Assembly: GCA_004764695.1 (NCBI GenBank)
Contig: SMSO01000032.1
Span: 7,720,483-7,784,482, forward strand
Reading direction: 5' to 3'
Origin: Schizochytrium sp. TIO01
Taxonomy: Eukaryota > Protista > Bigyra: Labyrinthulomycetes
Length of the DNA stretch: 64,000 nt
Shown: one piece after another, positions 23,901 to 33,176 of the stretch
How positions within the stretch are numbered: the first letter of the stretch is position 1
Layout of the letters: each line of letters opens with the position of its first letter
Made by a program: the position numbers and the translations under genes
The notes under the pieces: model-generated
Seen by the model: only the letters and a program-made list of their open reading frames with translations
The model's database searches: none
Told to the model about the DNA's origin: nothing

Positions 23901-26900
23901 TACCACCCGCCATTGTCAACAAACTGGCGCAAAAGCTCAATTGGAGGCTGCGCACCATACTCCTCAACCACAGGCATGTTCAGATCATCAACGAACAACA
24001 TATACTTTTTCCCAACTGCAGGACCAAATACTCCCTTTCGACGACGGTCCATCCGGCCATCAACAATATCTTGAAGCTGGGCTGCGCTTGTATTGGCCGA
24101 GAAAGCGGTCATGATAGACATGTATTTTTCTCTATCTAGCTTGTTCATTAAACAGTCCACAACATATGTACTCTTTCCTGTTCCTGTTGGACCAATAACG
24201 AGCGTTGGTTTTTCATGTGTATACAACGACGTAAGGAGATAGGAGAACTGAGAAGTATTCTCCGTAGGAACTACAATAGAGCTATATTCAGCATCATTTG
24301 GTATCTTGAATTTGTCCAGCATATCGATCCAGCTTTTCCAGCGCTCCTCTTCAGGCAGGTAGCAGTAGTCATAGACCGAACCATCTTCAGGTATAGGAAT
24401 GCCAAATTTGTGAATCTTTGGGCCATCTCCAGCTTCTTCTTCGTAGATATCTTCTTCCACCTCATCGCCTCCTGTGTCAGACGATGATGGTTCTTGAGTT
24501 TTGTTGTTTTTCGCAGGCTCAGGATCATTTTCCTCACCTTCGTCCCCAGCATCATCCTCGTCTTCGTCTTGATCCGGGGCAGGCAGCTCTTCTTTTTTAA
24601 TCGGATCAAGATTAAAGCTAGGTAATTTCCATTTTGCAGCGAGTAATCCGATCCAAATTTTCGGGTAGGATTCTTGAATGTATTTACCCTCATGATCACT
24701 AAGCACCTGCCGAAGATATTCGCTGAAGAGGGACCGACTTGCAGCATCAATAGAAGCTCCGATTGACCAGATTAAAGAAAAGAGAAAGTACGTCTCTACC
24801 TCAACATCCGTGGCCTCACGAATTTTCGGTGTTCCATGCGGTGCATTCGGGTTTCGTAGCAACGTCTCTAAGCAGCTTTCGAGGAGGCGAATGCAACTGA
24901 CGACAAGGTTTGCGTTCACTGTTGGGGCTTCCTCACGGCATCTCTTGCGGACAAAGATTATGCACGGATCTACAAGCCATTTAAATAGAACTGTGAGAAG
25001 ACGGCGTTGGCGTTTGGTAATGAAAAAGGGTGGAGCACTAGCAAAGGCATCGTCATCTTCTTCTAGAGCGGAGACTTTTTCTGCAATATCCTGGTTGCAT
25101 GTAATACGGTCAAGCCAGGAAGAAAGAAGCGGGAACCAGCCCATTCGATGAGGCTCAAAGAAAATCACACCACATCGTGAAACAGTGGCAGGTGAGGCTA
25201 CCTCAAGATCCATTGGTTCAAACATCATAGACATTGTGTCTGAAAGTGCAACCATTTCACCACTCTGAAGACATAGCTTTTTGTTATCGTCCAATACAGT
25301 GTTCATGTTTTCAATCCAGATAGCATCCACAGGGCCATCAAACATCACCCATTTGCGGTCCTTTTCCTCGCCAATTTTATTGTTTGCACAATCACGATAC
25401 TTAATTGCAAGTACACCATCCGTCCACTCATGAGTGACAGGGTCGAACTGACCGTAAAGCATGCCCATAGAAATTGACTTTGGGTTTATAACAACAGCCA
25501 CAACAGTTTGCCACCTGGAATCATCTGGGTGCTCTTCATTGAGTAATGTGAGAAGATCCTGCAAGCACCTCCAAGAGGAGGTCTTTCCTCCAAACGGTAA
25601 ACCAACAACCATAAAACCGTGGCGCACAAGCATCATCTCATATACTTGAATTACTTTTCCATAAAAGTAATCGTCAGGCTGGAGACCAAGACTCTTGCAT
25701 GTTCGTAAGAAAGCATTTCGAAAAAGTGAACGATCTATCTCGGGAAGGACGACTCCGGGAAACAAATCGCCTACGATACCTTTAAATAAAGGCATATCTT
25801 GAGAAAGAAACTTAGGCTCATTGACGTCAATGATTGAACGAAGCATCAAGACAGCTTCATCTGTTTCACGATTTTCTTTGAGACGTTTTTGTGCACCTGC
25901 AGCACGGAGAACTGACATCACCGCACGCATACCATAATCATAGTGTTTTTGCGAACTGAGCTGCTCACTACAGAGGCGATAAGTTGCTACAATTTTCTTT
26001 GCTAAAACTCGAGCATTGAGGTAGCCAAAACTATACAGAATAATTTCACCAATTAGCGCATAATCTGGAACCATCATAGCGCAAGGACGAAACAAAGCCT
26101 TCAAGTTATCAGGTAGCTCTGATCGACCGGCGTAACCTGGATTCATTGTAATGTATACATTACAGCCAGCTTTGAATGGTAAAGTTGTGCCCTCAAATTC
26201 CATGACATCAACTTTATCAATTTTGCCCCGTTGAATGGTAAGAATCTGTTGTGCAACTACAGACAACACTTCGAGTTCAATACGATTGAATTCATCAAAG
26301 CATGCCCAAGCTCCACTTGCCAACAGGCCCTTAAAAAATTTACCCATGGCCAAGTAATCGAGACCATCTGAACAGTTAAAAACTACGGTCTGTACTGCAA
26401 CAGCTTTACCAAGATCCTTAGTTGTCTCTGTTTTACCTGTGCCTGCAGGTCCTTCTGGGGCACCTCCGTACAAAAGCTGCAGAGCACCCATCAAAGTTCT
26501 GTAGCAACGATCAGTCAGAGGTGTGACAACAAGGCGTCCTGAGCAACCAAGATATTCATAGTCATACTGGCAACATGCGGTAATCATCTTCACGTCAAGT
26601 GAGCCTGGGGTTCCAGTTGTTGCAGAGTGACTATTGTCATACCAATAGTATCGAAGCTGGGCGATCCAGTCAAAGTCAAGAGGAGAAGACATTCCAGTTT
26701 CTGCCAATTGTCCAATGGTATCTCGAGAGTGGACATCTAGAGTAACCATTGCACCGATTGCTGTTCTCATAAGCTTAGGAAGGTCACCACGTACAAGCTG
26801 GACAATATCTTGAAGTTGTTTTTGAAGAACTTTGAAATAATCGTGTAGTCCAGCATTTCCTTTCTCACGAAGTGCCTTTTCGACTTCGAGAGTCCAAAAA

Positions 26901-29900
26901 GCTTGACTAACGCCAATAAGCATCTGGCCTTGCCACTCTTGTACCCATTGAATACGCTCTGTGGTCTCAGCATAGGCTTTCATACACATATCCAAGGCAT
27001 ATGCAACACTGCGACGCATAACCGTCTCGGCCTGCACAAGCCAGACCTCTACGTTTCCACCTGTGCTATTAGGGTTGATGACTTTATGGTTAATTTTTTC
27101 GTAAACAAAGTCAACTCTCTCTTTCTGTGGACTCATCATTGCCTGAATATCAAGGTTTCCATCGAATACGAGCTCATTGATACCTTCAAAGCATTTTTTC
27201 AGATGCGGCTGTACACGCAAAGGATCTTTAGTTTCTGAGAGAATCTCTAGCAGTTCATCGTTTGAAAGGAAGAAAAACCGTGGAAAGTATAAACGCTTAG
27301 TCTCAAGGTAATTATTGAGACCTTTTTGAATACTATCCATTAATTCATTTGCCCGCAGCATATCAGAGAGAAGCCCAGGGCGTCTAGCTGTGATGATGAC
27401 TCCTGGAAGCTCAGCTGTTTTCCCAACAGCTTCACGCCATAGATCATCCACTTCCCGGAACATTTTTGCTTCCGTTGGCATTTGTTTCATAATGTCAGGA
27501 GAACCAAAAATAGGTTCCAGGTATAGCCATGTACCCTGAAGTTGTAACCAATTATCAACAATATTTTGAAGGTCGATTAAGGTTTGCTCCCAATCCTTGA
27601 TTCGTTCAATAAAAGGTTGCACGTAGCGGCTACTTCGCATCGCTTGTGCTTTAACAATGTGATCATCAAGGAGTGTTTGAACTTCGTCAACACCACCAAC
27701 GATATAGGTTCCTGTGTTTCGATACGGTTTGACCACAAACTCCAGAGGCTCCCATTCCTTCTCCATCTTGTCCATGCCCTTTTCAAGAGAGTATTCTTTA
27801 TTGGCACTAACGCAAGTGTCCTCAATGTCATTTGTGAATTTGTGAAGGCCGACTTCGATACACGACTCCAAGTTCACCTCACGAGAATACTTGACTGGAA
27901 GCTTCGTAATATCGGCAATAAGACCCCAGTGACGTTCTCTGAGACCAGGATTGCAAAGCAAAAGCATCAGAGGAATGTATTCGTCAAGGTAGGTTTTAGA
28001 CTCATTAAACAAAACAGTTGCCGCCTTGAGAGGCTCGTCCAGTTCTTGGCGCTCAAATTCTTTCACGAGTTTTGCCATTGCTCGACGAACATTGTCTGCA
28101 TCACGATCAACTTCTTCAGCATCCAGGCTTATCAAGGGCTTACTGAGCCATGTGTTAGTCTGATCCGCAAACTGCTTTGCAGTATCCCAAAGAATTCCGT
28201 ATGGGTCCAAGGACTTCTTGAGGGCGGTAATGCGAGTCATCCACATGGGTATCGTTATCTCCTGCGCAAGAAGCTCCTCTTGCTCACGAATACCGTCCAT
28301 TTCATTCTCCGCGTCTCCAATAACCTTGCGGAGATCGTTCACGCGCTTTAAAGATCGGTCGACACCAAGAGGAGAGAGATCACCCATGGTTTGCAGTTTA
28401 AGGCAATCCTCTTCTGCACGAGAAAGCTCGTCTGCAAACAGCTCGCGACGTCGCTCGAGTACTTGGATCCGCATTTGTTTTTGAGACTCTTGCAGCTTTT
28501 CGCTGCGCCGTTGGGATTCCCAAACTTTCGAAGGAAATGCATATACGTTCTGCACGAGTATAGTATCCTCCTCTGACAGATGGTAATCGTAATTAATGGC
28601 GAAATTAATGCGGGGACTGACTTCGGTCACAATTCGCTTTTCCATCTCCTTAACTCGGGTTTCACACTCCTTAGCATAAATGATGAGCGCGTGTAGCTCC
28701 TCGCTATCTTGTGGTTCCTTGACAAGCTTTTGCATCATTTCACTGTACTCTGCGCAAAGATCTTGCATTATTTGGGAGTTATCTTTTGCAACTTGAAGCT
28801 GTACGATTTCGACATACTTTTCTGCCTTCCCCCGGTAGGCACCTTTGATTGGGGTACAGTCGATCAAAAACATTGGAAATCGCTCAAAGTCTTCTACAGC
28901 GTTTTCTATGTCCCTTTGAACAGTGCGAAAGCGCATCAGTTCTGTGTTTAGCTCTTTTAGTGATGCTCGGCTCTCCATGCCAAACTTTCGATTTTTAATT
29001 TTGAAAGCTACAGCTGTATCTTCTGACCCATCGTACAGTCCTTTAAAATTTTGAAATGACTGAGCAAGGCCCTGGCAGTCTCTGTATCGAATCTGGACAA
29101 TTTTTGCAATATCTTCTTTGATTGCAATGAGACGTTCATTATTCGAGAGCATTTCACATGGTGCAAGAAAATTTTCACCATCTACCCGTGGAATTTTACT
29201 TGCAGATGCAACGACAGCATCGAGGACCTGATGAATGGTTAACGTCAGTTCCTCTGCAGTAGGCATAAAAGTTGGGACTCCATTGTCATCTACAGATAGT
29301 TTGATAGAGAACATAGGTGCTGGAGGAAGTCCTTCCTTAGATATGGAAGTATCGCCAAAGGCTTGGAAAAAGGTGTGTACATCATCAAGTGAGCTGTCAA
29401 TAGCACCTCGGACTTGTCGCGACATCAGCACGCATGCCGTGTCTAAGATACGTTGCCCTGCAGCGGTGATGCAAGGTGCAGACTTGGACGGGGTTGATGA
29501 CGACATATTCTTCTTTGGAGAACTTGGGTTGCCACTACTACTATGTGAAGATGAAGACATTCCCTTATCAGATTCTTCCTTATGTTCAGAATTCATTTCG
29601 TCTCGCATCAACCCTTCCAAGGAGTCTGAAAGGATCTCAGAAGCGCGCTGAAGCCATTTGTCTTTAAGATGAAGCCGGACAGCCTCTGCAACACTTTCGC
29701 TGTGCTTCGCAAAAATCATGGGCTCAAAAGGAAGATGAAGACGATATTCTAAAGATCCCATCTCGACAAAAGTGCTCCGAGGGCTCATGTCAAGAACCCA
29801 GAGCTCTTGGAGTTCTTTTAAAGCTGTATCAAGTGCTAATTGAGAAACCAACTGAGTACGGGCGTTTTCTACTGCCCGATGGGAAACACCAGTTTCTCGA

Positions 29901-30790
29901 AGAATGGTCCAAGAGTGACTTGTAAATTCTTGACTTGTCCAGTCATGTTGAGGGTCAAGAAGATACTTTGGATTGATTCCATATGCAATTTGCTTGCTTG
30001 GATTCAACAATTCATATCGAATTGAGGAGGATTTAATGCAGTTGAAGTAGTTGCTACGCATTTCACTGATCATAGTGGAAACGAAGGTTTGGCGGTCTTC
30101 GATACTTAAGAGTGAATCATGTGGCGCTTCGGGAAGCTTTTGCAGTACTTGATTTTCCCATGATTCCTTGTGTCGAGCAATCTCACATTGTCGCCCGCAG
30201 ACATCTAAATATGTAAACGAGTCCATGGCTGCTTCAAAGCACTCAGAGTTCTGACGAATTGTCTCTCGAAGATCGTCAGACTTAGAGCCTTGTCTTTCTG
30301 CAGCATCAGATGCTTTGTCATGATCAAATTGAAAATGCGAAGAAGTTAGGCCTGAGCTAAAGCTATCTACAGTGACCAATGCGGGACTTGGTGCATCAAC
30401 AGAAATAGGACTCCAATTGGCCACATTGAACCGCTTCCCACGACGTTGTGGACTGTGCGGAGATGTTGGAGCAATCGCAATTGGATCTGAAGGTGATTTA
30501 GGCGGAGAAGGCGAGATAGCTTTGGGAGAATCCGAATCGATATTGATTGGACTTCGGAGACGAGGCTTTGTTGGGCTACGAACACCACCCGTGGTGTCAT
30601 TCTGTAATGTTCGAATAGTTAGCTTGCTTGCCTCAAGCGTGTAGTTGCAGCCAATCTTGTCACTAGGTGAGCTGTACTCTGTTTCACTTCGATAAGTTGG
30701 GCTTTGTGTTTGACCATCGACGCTTGGCAAAGTCGGCTGGCGAAGAGGGGTCAGTCTTCGAGGACTGCGCGGTGAAGCTGATGTTTCCAT
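17987..30790 (-). CDS. Axonemal dynein heavy chain, single-headed inner-arm type (DNAH3/7/12-like)
   Basis: About 4270 aa uninterrupted. Four P-loops: GPAGTGKT, GLPFGGKT, GPTGTGKS and GVGGSGRQ. Also FPRFFFLSNDELLEILS, CFDEFNR, HYDYGMR, stalk coiled coil and C-terminal WIERGVALL. Short tail typical of monomeric inner arms. First ATG (METSASP) at 30790. Confidence 0.95.
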   Translation of the reverse strand: METSASPRSPRRLTPLRQPTLPSVDGQTQSPTYRSETEYSSPSDKIGCNYTLEASKLTIRTLQNDTTGGVRSPTKPRLRSPINIDSDSPKAISPSPPKSPSDPIAIAPTSPHSPQRRGKRFNVANWSPISVDAPSPALVTVDSFSSGLTSSHFQFDHDKASDAAERQGSKSDDLRETIRQNSECFEAAMDSFTYLDVCGRQCEIARHKESWENQVLQKLPEAPHDSLLSIEDRQTFVSTMISEMRSNYFNCIKSSSIRYELLNPSKQIAYGINPKYLLDPQHDWTSQEFTSHSWTILRETGVSHRAVENARTQLVSQLALDTALKELQELWVLDMSPRSTFVEMGSLEYRLHLPFEPMIFAKHSESVAEAVRLHLKDKWLQRASEILSDSLEGLMRDEMNSEHKEESDKGMSSSSHSSSGNPSSPKKNMSSSTPSKSAPCITAAGQRILDTACVLMSRQVRGAIDSSLDDVHTFFQAFGDTSISKEGLPPAPMFSIKLSVDDNGVPTFMPTAEELTLTIHQVLDAVVASASKIPRVDGENFLAPCEMLSNNERLIAIKEDIAKIVQIRYRDCQGLAQSFQNFKGLYDGSEDTAVAFKIKNRKFGMESRASLKELNTELMRFRTVQRDIENAVEDFERFPMFLIDCTPIKGAYRGKAEKYVEIVQLQVAKDNSQIMQDLCAEYSEMMQKLVKEPQDSEELHALIIYAKECETRVKEMEKRIVTEVSPRINFAINYDYHLSEEDTILVQNVYAFPSKVWESQRRSEKLQESQKQMRIQVLERRRELFADELSRAEEDCLKLQTMGDLSPLGVDRSLKRVNDLRKVIGDAENEMDGIREQEELLAQEITIPMWMTRITALKKSLDPYGILWDTAKQFADQTNTWLSKPLISLDAEEVDRDADNVRRAMAKLVKEFERQELDEPLKAATVLFNESKTYLDEYIPLMLLLCNPGLRERHWGLIADITKLPVKYSREVNLESCIEVGLHKFTNDIEDTCVSANKEYSLEKGMDKMEKEWEPLEFVVKPYRNTGTYIVGGVDEVQTLLDDHIVKAQAMRSSRYVQPFIERIKDWEQTLIDLQNIVDNWLQLQGTWLYLEPIFGSPDIMKQMPTEAKMFREVDDLWREAVGKTAELPGVIITARRPGLLSDMLRANELMDSIQKGLNNYLETKRLYFPRFFFLSNDELLEILSETKDPLRVQPHLKKCFEGINELVFDGNLDIQAMMSPQKERVDFVYEKINHKVINPNSTGGNVEVWLVQAETVMRRSVAYALDMCMKAYAETTERIQWVQEWQGQMLIGVSQAFWTLEVEKALREKGNAGLHDYFKVLQKQLQDIVQLVRGDLPKLMRTAIGAMVTLDVHSRDTIGQLAETGMSSPLDFDWIAQLRYYWYDNSHSATTGTPGSLDVKMITACCQYDYEYLGCSGRLVVTPLTDRCYRTLMGALQLLYGGAPEGPAGTGKTETTKDLGKAVAVQTVVFNCSDGLDYLAMGKFFKGLLASGAWACFDEFNRIELEVLSVVAQQILTIQRGKIDKVDVMEFEGTTLPFKAGCNVYITMNPGYAGRSELPDNLKALFRPCAMMVPDYALIGEIILYSFGYLNARVLAKKIVATYRLCSEQLSSQKHYDYGMRAVMSVLRAAGAQKRLKENRETDEAVLMLRSIIDVNEPKFLSQDMPLFKGIVGDLFPGVVLPEIDRSLFRNAFLRTCKSLGLQPDDYFYGKVIQVYEMMLVRHGFMVVGLPFGGKTSSWRCLQDLLTLLNEEHPDDSRWQTVVAVVINPKSISMGMLYGQFDPVTHEWTDGVLAIKYRDCANNKIGEEKDRKWVMFDGPVDAIWIENMNTVLDDNKKLCLQSGEMVALSDTMSMMFEPMDLEVASPATVSRCGVIFFEPHRMGWFPLLSSWLDRITCNQDIAEKVSALEEDDDAFASAPPFFITKRQRRLLTVLFKWLVDPCIIFVRKRCREEAPTVNANLVVSCIRLLESCLETLLRNPNAPHGTPKIREATDVEVETYFLFSLIWSIGASIDAASRSLFSEYLRQVLSDHEGKYIQESYPKIWIGLLAAKWKLPSFNLDPIKKEELPAPDQDEDEDDAGDEGEENDPEPAKNNKTQEPSSSDTGGDEVEEDIYEEEAGDGPKIHKFGIPIPEDGSVYDYCYLPEEERWKSWIDMLDKFKIPNDAEYSSIVVPTENTSQFSYLLTSLYTHEKPTLVIGPTGTGKSTYVVDCLMNKLDREKYMSIMTAFSANTSAAQLQDIVDGRMDRRRKGVFGPAVGKKYMLFVDDLNMPVVEEYGAQPPIELLRQFVDNGGWYDLKEKTFRTIIDTLLVAAMGPPGGGRNFITPRMMRHFNVLTFTEFSDQTLVRIFQTLTTWHFGKPGFDESIRGLAGGIVAATLESYTKAKEELLPTPAKSHYTFNLRDFSRVIQGVTMVGPQTEGVDRPYVVRLWVHEVMRVFSDRLIDDKDRSWFLGYIKTLSPKHFNADFSSIFKHLKESRPEGSNFGDDIVLDDMRRLFFGDFMVPGADPRLYEEIQDVVKLSETLDTYLEEYNSVSKTPMQLVLFLFAIEHVSRISRVLAMPGGNALLVGVGGSGRQSLTRLAGFIADFDVIQIEISKNYNKTEWHEDLKRVIRAAALNPRDAVFLFSDSQIKQPSFVEDINNLLNSGEIPNLFPSDEKAECLENVRPFAKQVYGKKAADMNALELWQFFVQRVRKKLHVVLAFSPIGGEFRDRLRMYPSLINCCVIDWFSLWPADALVAVAERFLADLPIGDSEKATREEILSSIVMTCQSFHTSIQELSEFFRSSMRRINYVTPTSYLELILAYKGSLNSCRDKVLAAKRRYEIGLEKLDFAASSVADMQKQLTDLQPVLAQSQADTDALMKQIEEKLPGVEATKESVGKDAAIAQGEADRVGAIKKECEDDLAVAMPLLQDAVDALDTLKPSDINEVKNFKTPPGGVVLTMEAICVMLNIKCAKAKDPNDPTKKVDDWWTPGKKLLADAKFLQTLKEYDKDNINPKFIEIIRKKFVNDPNFEPEIVKKASVAACGMCKWVRAMEAYDRVAKVVAPKKEALAQAESELAVTMGELKKKQDALQAVEDELAALQAQFKAACDKKKDLEDEVDLCGKKLERAKTLIDGLGGEKTRWTQSALDLAKQCTLLTGDVLVSAGVIAYLGPFTAALRDKQVTRWTALLHERKIPASEGVTLNATLGDPVATRQWHVNGLPTDSFSVDNGIVVFNSRRWPLLIDPQGQANKWIRNMEKEAGLHVIKLSDGNYLRTVENAVQFGQPVLLENVGETLDAALEPLLLKQTFKQGGVECLRLGDSTVEYSPEFRFYITTKLPNPHYLPEVAVKVTLVNFMITPDGLEDQLLGTVVAEERPDLAEEKARLIVEGAENSRKLKELEDNILHILSSSSGNILEDESAINALNSSKVLSNEIAEKQAVAEQTEKTIDEVRQGYRPVAYHGQLLYFCIADLASIEPVYQYSLSWFSNLFIAGIRNSEKSDDLNTRMDNLREFFTYSLYCNICRSLLEKDKLLFAFLLTVKLMFGAHELEESEWYFLLTGGVAMDNPHENPVPEWLAGKSWGEVCRLADMPGFEGLRETFAEDAAKWKELYDAGNAHRFPYPERWENDRLTPFQRMLILRCIRPDRVTLAVQDFVINKMGQRFVNPPPFDLGACYNDSNALSPLIFILSPGSDPMAGLLKFADSMKQQVSSISLGQGQGPIAERMIERAQSEGSWVVLQNCHLAVSWMPAFERICELITMENTKPEFRMWCTTYPSKDFPVSVLQNGVKMTNEPPKGLRANLIGSYSSDPIADPSFFESSVSPDKEANFHTLLFGLAIFHALVQERRLFGPMGWNIPYEFTDADLSISAAQLAFFIQEFEEVPYKALHYTAAECNYGGRVTDDKDRRCLHVILGRFYRSDVLQPNYAISESGDYRMPDPAKCTNRDDFIEHIEKFPLTAEPEVFGLHANATITKDRKETNALFTSILLTQADTNSSGSKSPDEVMEEVAQDILKRLPEAFNLELAQVRFPVRWDESLNTVLQQELVRYNRLTSVIRPSLVNLCKAVRGEMVMSAELERVGNSMFYGLVPGLWAGKSYPSLKPLGGYVNDLLRRLEMLGSWLEHEPPAVFWISGFYFTQAFLTGCMQNYARKNQIAIDSVNFDFEVMPKTKYQRGPESTEGAYVDGLFFDGARWDRTTEQLADPHPKQLFSDAPVVWLKPMPQDEIKPPPHYNCPVYKTSERRGVLATTGHSSNFLMFLRIPSEMDQGFWIERGVALLTQLDD

Positions 30791-31802
30791 TTTTAGATAC
30801 TGAGCAACACCTCTGCAGGAAAACTGCAAAGATCAAACTATAATGTACTCACTTTGTCTCTGAGGTTCTTTGTAAGATAGATGAATTCAGAGCTGGGGTT
30901 TGGTCTACTAGTACTGTGAAAGTCTAACACTCTAGCTTTCACAACCTGCCTTGACCAACAATGCGAGTTGAAAACGCAGAACCTGTAGGCTGCAAAAGAC
31001 AAGGCCCTCAGACAGGAGAAATCACGAAGCTTGAAGTTTAAGCGCTGCTGCCACCCCCTTTTCAATCCTACAATCCTCTACTCTTCGATTCTTCTAGATC
31101 TTGCCCGACCCCTTTCGGTCGGGCACGATTCACCAAAAGGATATACAACACAAGATCGTACAGCTCGCAAACGACAAACGACTTGTCCAGATAGAGGGAA
31201 TAAGCAGGCTTGGAGACTTGGCAAACAAACACAAAGAAATAAACAAGACTATTGCAATGCAGCCTCTTGTATTGTTTTCCCTTGTAGATCAACACCATGT
31301 CTATGCAAAAGCGACAATAGTAGTGCACACGTGTAATGACATTGCAAGAATGAGCCGTTGAGCGGTCATAAACCTATTTTTTAGGTTTTACCCTAAATTT
31401 AGGGGCTAAGAACCTAGCTTGTTTATCAGATTTAACAAGCTTTTTCGGTTTAAAAAGCTATATAATAATGACAAGCTAAGTATCATAGGTAATGTAACAT
31501 TCAAATAGGTTTTTGGCCTATAAGCTGTTCAGTTTGTGGTTCTTTATTAGCCTATTCTAAAACCAAGGGTTCTCTGGTCTTAATTAAAAGAGGAATCAGA
31601 GTAATTTTTAACAAATTGGTGAATTTATTCATCACATTCACTGATCACCATGGCTGACGGTAGGTAGGTGGTAGTACTATCTAAAATATTATTCTAATTA
31701 TATAGAGGCTAATATACCTATATCCAATACAGATTTATTTTAAAAAAAGAAAAGAAAAAGTATAGACCTATATCTATACTATATGATAATAATATTAGTA
31801 GG

Positions 31803-31823
31803 AATAATAATAATAATAATAAT
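31803..31823. repeat. (AAT)x7 microsatellite
   Basis: Read directly from the sequence. Confidence 0.8.
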
Positions 31824-31967
31824 AAAAGTACATATAAACACAAATTTGATTTGAAAGTATAATGTTAAGAGGCACTACCTACTTACGCCTATCATCAGAA
31901 GAAAAAGTACACCAGGAGACCGCTTTTGCTGAAGGCCGCGTGCGGCGAAGGAGAGATACTTGCAACG

Positions 31968-32672
31968 ATGGTTGATGAGAAGGTTGAAAAGGACGGAACA
32001 GATTTGGAGAAGAGGGTTGATCAAGCTCTCCAGTCTTGGAACGAAGGAGTGTCTCTTCTGTTAGAGTCCTGGAACGAAGAGGCTGTTCCAACGAATGGGC
32101 AGCGACGTCTGGCGACAAGTAGGGTTAGCTTTAAAGGCCTTGAACTGAATCAACGCAAACGCAAGCGCACACAAGGTCACGCATCAAGCTATAGTGCATT
32201 TGTTGCACGCTTGGAAACCTTCAGTCCCTATACTTGGTTCGGGAAAGCACAAAGGATTGATAAGTATCATTGTGCAGCTCATGGGTGGTGTATCCTTAAC
32301 AAGGGCATACTAGCTTGTTCTTCGTGCAAGAAGAAGCTCTCGTTCGCAGATTTTGAAGACAAAGTTGCGAGAGAGGGTATATCATATTTAAAAGTAATTG
32401 ACGAATTTGCGGTTGCGTTGGAGCGGGCTCATGAAAAGCACTGCCCTTTTAACTTCAGTTTCGTGTCAGGTGAAATAGCAGAAGCATTGTTGTCTAGACA
32501 CTCCCGAGAGTCCAAATGTGAGGTTATACAAGGAGTTGTGACTCCCCAGATTGGACTGGAGAACAATGCTGCGCATAATGGAATACAACTAGAGAAGGAT
32601 GCTGCTTTAGTCGAATTAGCTGTGGCTAGTCAAATTCAGCAATTATCAGAGTGTGCTCGCTCTCAGGACTAG
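31968..32672 (+). CDS. C3HC zinc-finger protein (ZC3HC1/NIPA/Rsm1-like, single module)
   Basis: Pattern F..RLETF...WF.K, CAAHGW, CSSC and HEKHCPF matches the zf-C3HC layout; RKRKR is NLS-like. First ATG at 31968. Confidence 0.75.
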   Translation: MVDEKVEKDGTDLEKRVDQALQSWNEGVSLLLESWNEEAVPTNGQRRLATSRVSFKGLELNQRKRKRTQGHASSYSAFVARLETFSPYTWFGKAQRIDKYHCAAHGWCILNKGILACSSCKKKLSFADFEDKVAREGISYLKVIDEFAVALERAHEKHCPFNFSFVSGEIAEALLSRHSRESKCEVIQGVVTPQIGLENNAAHNGIQLEKDAALVELAVASQIQQLSECARSQD

Positions 32673-33176
32673 AGTATATAGAACTTTGTTTTCTATTTTT
32701 GTGCCCATCTCTATTGTTACCCCAACGTTTGGTTTCTATGTAATCTGTGCATAATTCGCGCTCTCGATTTGTCAGCAGGTATTTCTCTTTCCTTGATTCA
32801 TCACCATTATGATAAAAATCTGACAACAATCAATTAGTCTTACTAGGCGTACTGCAAAATGCTCATATTGCTGGGTCATTAAAATAATAATATATCTATC
32901 CTGCTACAAATATGGTTATCAGACAGAGCATAAAGCTGCACAGTTGAGAAAACCACTGAAGTAGTTTTCATCTAAGTATGCCTTTGAACCCTCTCCTTTT
33001 CAAGGTTGCAAGAATATTCTTTACACACTTGACTATAGTATCGATTTCTTATTATGTTAAATTGGGCATTAGAGTTCACCTTGCTTTATTGCGTAAACAC
33101 GGATTGATAAATGGATAGCGAAGATACATATCCATCTTTTTTTTTTTTAACCAGAGCAGGATGAACATTGTCAAAT

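Noticed and set aside
27584-28351. 255-aa + strand ORF antisense to dynein
   Set aside because: Shadow ORF from codon bias of the sense gene; non-ATG start and no recognisable motifs.
30800-30852. Possible tiny 5' UTR intron of dynein (GTGAGT...CAG on the minus strand)
   Set aside because: Would be only 40-53 nt with several alternative acceptors; unsupported without transcripts.
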